Assembly (NCBI GenBank): GCA_043228905.1 | Contig: JBHGNT010000008.1 | Span: 3,658,001 to 3,722,000 of the forward strand | Reading direction: 5' to 3' | DNA: 64,000 bases | DNA from: Azolla caroliniana | Lineage: Eukaryota; Plantae; Polypodiophyta | Shown here: in pieces, positions 63,333 to 64,000 of the stretch | Numbering within the stretch: the stretch's first letter is position 1 | Layout of the letters: every line of letters starts with the position of its first letter | The notes under the pieces: generated by a model | Seen by the model: only the letters and a program-made list of their open reading frames with translations | What the model was told of the DNA's origin: nothing | The model's database searches: none | Program-made: the position numbers and the translations under genes

Positions 63333-64000
63333 CGTGAGCACTCTTTGTTATAACCGTCGTTTGACGAAGACTGTAAAAGCACGAGGTCGTTGCCTCTGTG
63401 TTACATTTTGTATTCCTTTCTCCCATAGTGATAGTTGGAGTCTGTGGGCTCTCGTGGTTTTTCCCTATTAGGGTTTTCCACATAAACATCATGTGTACTA
63501 CTCTTTGTTGTGTTTGTGTGTACGTGCATTCAACTCCATTCCCATTTCTGTGTTTGATTCTCCATAGAGTGCTTGAGGCTCGGTTGTTGTCGACCATTAT
63601 TCCGCATAAGTACTCTTCAATCTAGTATCAGAGCTAATAACATAAGAAATGGAAGAACCGTTTGGCGGCATGTTCAAGCTCACCGGCTCCAACTACTCAT
63701 TGTGGAAGTCGAAGATGAGGGACATGTTAGTGGTTAAAGATCTTTGGTTGCCGGTTTAGTTCGGGGACAAGAGACCGGATAAGATCAACACCACAATGTG
63801 GGAGGTGATGCACATGAAGACGATGGCATACATCCGGTGCTTCATCGACATGAGCCTGCCAACAACTTCAACGAAGAGAGCAAGGCTCATGAACTCTAGG
63901 AGAAGATCGACATCATGTTTCAGAACAAGAACATCGTGAATAGGGTTTAGGTATTCCGGAAGTTAGTGAGGCTTCGGTACCAAGATGGCTCCAGTATGGC
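57598..64000 (+). mobile_element. Copia-4 (related to Copia-2): 5' LTR split by Copia-3, degenerate primer site and decayed gag running off the window
   Basis: LTR start tgttgggatttcagtccctccggatggga resembles the Copia-2 LTR and resumes at 63076 to ~63619. TAGTATCAGAGC primer site, then gag MEEPFGGMFKLTGSNYSLWKSKMRDML from 63649. Confidence 0.8.
57665..63070 (+). mobile_element. Ty1/Copia element (Copia-3, same family as Copia-1), decayed
   Basis: LTRs 57665-58045 and 62662-63070, TSD AACCG, primer site TGGTATTAGAGC. gag/PR/INT/RT/RH fragments carry many stops. Confidence 0.93.

Overview
Land-plant nuclear DNA; a seed-free, fern-like genome is plausible from the retroelement content but is only an inference. 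The first 27 kb holds three host genes: a 3-exon DUF863-like gene, an intronless RPK2/TOAD2-like LRR receptor kinase and a 9-exon At4g15545/NAIP-like gene. Three broken copies of the At4g15545-like gene are also present: one inverted at 1-1.85 kb and two tandem at 41.8-46.9 kb. The rest (28-64 kb) is nested transposons, most of the younger LTR insertions with readable target-site duplications (TSDs): a Sola-like transposase remnant, four Ty1/Copia elements, an old Ty3/Gypsy element and solo LTRs. The most striking object is a 5.9-kb, apparently intact and very young Ty3/Gypsy chromovirus (32255-38190, minus strand). It shows heat-shock-element arrays upstream of its TATA box, an 11-nt Tf1-type self-priming site instead of a tRNA primer site, a -1 frameshift heptamer with an H-type pseudoknot between gag and pol, a chromodomain integrase and an antisense tRNA-like (Pol III B-box) segment in U3. 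All coordinates were read by eye and may be off by a few bases.
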